Below, in pieces: positions 59,564 through 64,000 of a stretch of 64,000 nucleotides of DNA. Positions within the stretch are counted from its first letter, which is position 1, and each line of letters opens with the position of its first letter. A program made the position numbers and the translations under genes. This DNA comes from Candidatus Eiseniibacteriota bacterium (GTDB lineage Bacteria > Eisenbacteria > RBG-16-71-46 > CAIMUX01 > VGJL01), in contig CAWBWI010000001.1 of the NCBI GenBank assembly GCA_963792585.1, forward strand, positions 1,024,001 to 1,088,000. Direction: 5' to 3'. The notes below the pieces were generated by a model that worked only from the letters and a program-made list of their open reading frames with translations, searched no databases and was not told the origin of the DNA.

Positions 59564-62500
59564 ATGGGTCGCCTGATCGAGGCCGCCCTTCATCTCCTGC
59601 TCCTGACTGCGGGCGGCGTGGGTGAAGCGGCCCATGCCGCTGCGGCCCCTGAGCCCTTCGCCGCGACCCGCGCCGAGGATCTTCGTCCCCGGATCGCCCT
59701 GTCCGATGGTCGGCTTTTGTTGCTCACCCCGGAGGCCCTCTACCGATTCCAGCCGGAATCCGAGGCTTGGACGGTGACGACGTCAGCGGATCATCTGCCC
59801 GAACCTCCCCTGGTCAACCTCTCGGCAACGTCCAAGAGCATCTGGATCGCGGGGACGGGCGCCGCCTTCTCGGATCCCCGGTACGACGACTGGCAGGGGT
59901 ACTCGACTGCCGACGGCCTCCCCGGCCGGGAGGTCTTGAGCGTCGAAACCGACGATGATTACGCATACGCCGCTACGGATGCGGGCGCCGGACGATTCGA
60001 CATGTACACGCTCGAGTGGGAGGCGCTGACCACCGCCTCCGGCGAGCGCCTCGGGGCGATCTCCGACGTTGCGCTGGGTGAGGACCGCGTCTGGTTCGCG
60101 CTCGCCTTCGGGGTCGCCGAGTACCAGAAGGACACCGAGACGTGGCGGGTCGACCGCCAGCTCGGCCAGATCACGGCACCTCGCGTCCTGGCGCTTCGTC
60201 AAACCACCCGATTCCTCTGGGCCCTCACGGAGACGGGACTCGCCCGCTACGAAAAGTCGCTCCGGACTTGGACGAGCTACCCGGTCGGCACCGATCTACC
60301 GGATGCCCGCGTGCGCCAGTTCACGCTGCAGGGTGACGATGTCTGGTTGGGCACAGACGCGGGCCTCTGGCGCTACGGCACGGAGACGGGGATGTGGCGC
60401 CGCGACGAGTCGTCGACCACGATGCCCGGCTCTTCCGTCCTCGCATTCGCTCTCGAAACCGGCCGCATCTGGGTTGCGACCGAATCTGCATTTGCTCAGT
60501 ACGACCTGGAAGCCTCCCGCTGGACCGAGTTCACGGCCGGCGTGTCCGTGCCCCCCTCGGAGGCCGTCGCGATCACCCGGGCCGGCGACATCCTGATGAT
60601 CCTCGGATCGAACGGGATTGCCTACGGCCTGGCGCAGGGGCACACGAATCCGAATCTCTTCACCTGGAGGAGCCGCCCCGTGCTCCGCGCGCGGACGGCC
60701 CGAGCGGAGACGCGTGGGTGGCACACGGTCCTCGATGAGAGTGGACTGGGTCTCGCCTCCGATTCCGGAGAGGCCGTAACGGTCAAGGGTGGCGCGACCG
60801 TCTACATCGACAACGGCGCCGGACACATCGGCAGCGGAATCGGCGCGCTTCACAGCGACACCCGCTACGATCTCACGCTCAACGGTCGTCTCGACAAGGA
60901 GCGCACGTTGAGCGGGTTCTACAACTCGACGGACCCGGAAAACTCCGCCTACCAGTTGACGTTCCGCGGCGCCAGGTCGGATGCCCTGAGATCCCTCAGC
61001 CTCGGAGAGATCGAGGTCCAACCTTACAACGCCAGGCTCACACCCGGAACGGGGCTCAAGGGCGGGCAGATCCGCCTGGAGAAGGGGGAGCGCTCCGAGG
61101 AAACGCATCGGCGCCTCGTCACCGTCGATGGTTGGGTGGGGCGACGCCGCACCCTCCCGGGTCGGGACACCTTCGTCGGGGGCAGTTCCCAGGTGGAGGG
61201 CGAGGTTCGGGACGTCGACTACGTGAAGGGTCAGGTCTTCCCCATTCCGGACGGATGGTCAGCGACCGACCTCGCGAGCGCCCTCCTGTACGTCGACGAC
61301 GGAGACCCAGCCACGGACGATGCGAACACGCGCCATGGTGAGATCGCCGGTCGCCCAGGCGATTGGGATCTGCTGAAACGGAATCGAGACTACGTTCTCG
61401 GACCGAGCGGACGGTCATTGATCCTGAACGAGCCGCTTCACGCGGGACAGGCGCTTGCCGTCGCCGGCAGGGACCTACCGGAGTTGCAGGCGGACCTGAC
61501 CCATCTGCCCCTGCGAAATCACTACGCAATCGGGGGCGAGCCCGTGGCAGGTTCGATGCGCCTGGCAATCATCGACCGAGAGGGATCCGATCGGGACGAG
61601 ACCGGGGACACCTACCTGCACCGCTTCGGCCTGGATCCCGCAGGGAACGGTCAGATCGCGCCGGAGCGTATCAGCGCGATTACCGGCCTGTTGAGCTTCC
61701 CCGACACCCTCCCCTTTCCGTCCGAGGTCTATGGAACTGACCCCGTTCACCTCTACACGATCCAGTTCGCCTATCGCGCGTCGGTCCACACGTTTCGCCT
61801 GAGCCACGCGAACGTCGTCCCCGGCTCGGAGCGGATCACGGTGGACCGGGAACCGCTCCGGCCGGATATCGACTACTCGATCATTCCGTCCTCGGGGCTG
61901 TTCATCTTCTTCGAGACCGTCCTGCTCGACGAAGACAGCGCCATCGAGATCCGCTACGAGTACGAGACCGAGGGCGGGCCAGACGAGCCGATCGTCTCCG
62001 CCGGCCAGGTCGGCCTCGCGCCGACGGACCACCTCTTCGTCGGGGCCAACGTCATACGATCCGGAAGCGGGAGCGAAGGGACGACGACCGCCGACGTGAG
62101 CAGCCGTCTGGAGTGGAAGAACGAGAGTCACTTCCTCCGGCTCGTGCCGGAACTCGCCTGGAGCCGTGAGGATCGCGAGTCCGTGTCGGGGTCGGCGAGC
62201 GGGATCGCGATGCAGGGGCGCTTCCGCAAGCTCGAAGTCGCCGCCTCCCAGCGATCTCTCGGAAAGACGTTTACCTCGTTCGAGGACCGAAGCACGATTG
62301 CCGGCCGTTTGCGCGAGGAGGCGAACGGATGGGGTCGTGTCGACCTCGGACATGATCTTCAGGCGGAGGTGGATTGGCGGCGGGCGCTCTCCGATTCCCC
62401 TGGAGGAGCGGGGGTTCGAGCCCTGGGAGAGGAGTCCTCCCTCTCCGGAAAGGTCCGGCTCCTCCGGGGAGGATTGCCGAATCTGGAAGTCCGTCGTGGG

Positions 62501-63742
62501 CGCGTCCTCCTGGACGCGGAGGATGCGCGAAGCGAGAAGTGGATCACACGCGCCGACCTCGAGATCAGCCCCGATCAGGCCGGGTTTGCGCCCCTGGGCA
62601 TCCGGCGGCTCTGGCTGAGAACCTTCTTTCAGCGCAGCGATCGTCGCTACGACGCCACAGGCGGCGTCCCGACCGACTCCACCCGGGACAGGGTCACGGA
62701 TCATGCATTCGCGCGGCTCAACGGATCGGTGGGCTCTCCCCTGTCCTGGAACATCGCCTTCGAGGATCGATCGACGAAGCAGTCCAGAGACCAGGGGAAC
62801 GCCCGGCTCCGGCGATTCCAGAAGCTGGACGCCAGCCTTCAGTCGCAACCACATCCAAGTGTGGACACGTTCCTGCGATGGGAGGCGGATCGAGATCTCG
62901 CTTGGATCCCCTCCGGGGGAAACGGAGGCTTCCGCACGCGGCGCCTCTTCCAGTCGACCTCCTACCTCTACCCGGGTCGGATCACCACGCGTCTCGCCCC
63001 TCTCTCCTTTCGGCTCGATCTGAGCCGGGATGGTTCGGCGGACGGCGAGCCGGGAATCCGAATGCCGGGAGCGAGCAGCCTCTGGAGCGAACCCGCGCGG
63101 AACTCGCGCCGGCAGAATCTCCACAATCGGATCGTCGAAGGTCGGCTCCAGATCACGCCGGCCCTGCGCATCGTCGAGAGGTGGGAAGACGAGGCATCGC
63201 GATTCGACCGCGAGGGGCTTGCCAACGACTCCGACGGCCGTCGGCTGGAGCACCGCTTCGAGCTTCGCATTTCCGGCGGCTGGATCAACCTGAGGGCGAT
63301 CACGGGTCGATCCAGCGGAGATGATCTGCCCACCACGAGGCAGGAGCGGCTCTTCGGCGAGTGGGAGCAGACGTGGCGCGGCGGATGGCTCACCTATCTC
63401 GCTCTCGACGGCGAACGATCTTGGGATCGCGATCGGGCGGTGGAGGCGCGCAGCCAGGCTTTCGGCCCGCAGGCCCGCCTGACCTGGCGCCAAGCGCGGT
63501 GGCAAACGGATGCGGGCTTGGGCGCCTCGCTCGACTGGACCCGCACGTGGGATGCGTCCGTCGGCGCCACCAGTCCGTGGTCGGAAAGCCGAAGACAAAC
63601 GTTGACCACAACGCTTAGCCTGCAACCCTTCAAGCTCTTCTCGATCAAGGCCCTCTACGAACTGAACCGCTCCCGGAGCCCCTCCGGGGCGAACTGGCGC
63701 GCGGGACAGAACCTGCGCATCCGGCTCCTCGTCCGGACGTGA
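59564..63742 (+). CDS. large outer-membrane protein: N-terminal beta-propeller, SprA/Sov-like region, beta-barrel
   Basis: Signal peptide from ATG 59564; propeller repeats (GLP...V......VWLGTDAGL); ordered SprA-like motifs; amphipathic strands to the C-terminus. Confidence 0.7.
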   Translation: MGRLIEAALHLLLLTAGGVGEAAHAAAAPEPFAATRAEDLRPRIALSDGRLLLLTPEALYRFQPESEAWTVTTSADHLPEPPLVNLSATSKSIWIAGTGAAFSDPRYDDWQGYSTADGLPGREVLSVETDDDYAYAATDAGAGRFDMYTLEWEALTTASGERLGAISDVALGEDRVWFALAFGVAEYQKDTETWRVDRQLGQITAPRVLALRQTTRFLWALTETGLARYEKSLRTWTSYPVGTDLPDARVRQFTLQGDDVWLGTDAGLWRYGTETGMWRRDESSTTMPGSSVLAFALETGRIWVATESAFAQYDLEASRWTEFTAGVSVPPSEAVAITRAGDILMILGSNGIAYGLAQGHTNPNLFTWRSRPVLRARTARAETRGWHTVLDESGLGLASDSGEAVTVKGGATVYIDNGAGHIGSGIGALHSDTRYDLTLNGRLDKERTLSGFYNSTDPENSAYQLTFRGARSDALRSLSLGEIEVQPYNARLTPGTGLKGGQIRLEKGERSEETHRRLVTVDGWVGRRRTLPGRDTFVGGSSQVEGEVRDVDYVKGQVFPIPDGWSATDLASALLYVDDGDPATDDANTRHGEIAGRPGDWDLLKRNRDYVLGPSGRSLILNEPLHAGQALAVAGRDLPELQADLTHLPLRNHYAIGGEPVAGSMRLAIIDREGSDRDETGDTYLHRFGLDPAGNGQIAPERISAITGLLSFPDTLPFPSEVYGTDPVHLYTIQFAYRASVHTFRLSHANVVPGSERITVDREPLRPDIDYSIIPSSGLFIFFETVLLDEDSAIEIRYEYETEGGPDEPIVSAGQVGLAPTDHLFVGANVIRSGSGSEGTTTADVSSRLEWKNESHFLRLVPELAWSREDRESVSGSASGIAMQGRFRKLEVAASQRSLGKTFTSFEDRSTIAGRLREEANGWGRVDLGHDLQAEVDWRRALSDSPGGAGVRALGEESSLSGKVRLLRGGLPNLEVRRGRVLLDAEDARSEKWITRADLEISPDQAGFAPLGIRRLWLRTFFQRSDRRYDATGGVPTDSTRDRVTDHAFARLNGSVGSPLSWNIAFEDRSTKQSRDQGNARLRRFQKLDASLQSQPHPSVDTFLRWEADRDLAWIPSGGNGGFRTRRLFQSTSYLYPGRITTRLAPLSFRLDLSRDGSADGEPGIRMPGASSLWSEPARNSRRQNLHNRIVEGRLQITPALRIVERWEDEASRFDREGLANDSDGRRLEHRFELRISGGWINLRAITGRSSGDDLPTTRQERLFGEWEQTWRGGWLTYLALDGERSWDRDRAVEARSQAFGPQARLTWRQARWQTDAGLGASLDWTRTWDASVGATSPWSESRRQTLTTTLSLQPFKLFSIKALYELNRSRSPSGANWRAGQNLRIRLLVRT

Positions 63743-63840
63743 CCATCGGGTCATCATCGTGGGTGCGCGCCCTTGTGAAATCAGGTACAATTGTCCCACG
63801 TGTGTTGTCGATCCGTGATCCTTCACATCGGGAGGGCTGT

Positions 63841-64000
63841 ATGAGCCGCACCGCCGGACGTTGGGCCGTTCCGGCACTGTTCGCTTTCGCGCTTCTCACG
63901 TTGATCATCGCCACTCCTGCGGCGGCAACCTGTGAGACCGTCGATCCCCTCTTCATGCTCCCCTCAGACGCCGACTGCGCAGGCTGGGCGCGCGACGGCG
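63841..64000 (+). CDS. secreted protein (partial; possibly a second DUF6599-like protein)
   Basis: GGAGG then MSRTAGRWAVPALFAFALLTLIIATPAAA signal, followed by LPSDADCAGWARDG; truncated by window end. Confidence 0.55.
   Translation, partial: MSRTAGRWAVPALFAFALLTLIIATPAAATCETVDPLFMLPSDADCAGWARDG

Overview
GC-rich bacterial chromosome window, most consistent with a diderm FCB-group candidate phylum such as Eisenbacteria, Krumholzibacteria or Latescibacteria. This is inferred from the rplM-rpsI-rpsB-tsf gene order, FlgD-Ig C-termini and WGxxKxLYR tails. The first 14.5 kb is housekeeping: cdsA-uppS-frr-pyrH-tsf-rpsB-rpsI-rplM, mtnA-maf-dtd-OMP-rel-recJ-PPIase and rlmD. The remainder mixes metabolic genes with many secreted or envelope proteins. 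Most notable are: (1) a ~1390-aa protein carrying an ordered series of motifs resembling the T9SS translocon SprA/Sov, but much shorter, fused to an N-terminal beta-propeller and placed in an operon with DUF6599-like and Tat-DUF362 genes; (2) a tandem array of four secreted paralogs ending in (T/S)WG(A/S)x(K/R)xL(Y/F)R, three of which have their own sigma70-type promoter, terminator and a ~180-nt structured 5' leader, near-identical in two copies and structurally echoed in the third; (3) a REC plus PEP/pyruvate-binding-domain gene convergent with gdhA. Many single-base frameshifts, densest at 48.3-58.5 kb, look like sequencing or assembly indels. No rRNA, tRNA, CRISPR array or mobile element was recognised. 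All family assignments come from motif recognition by eye, not database searches.
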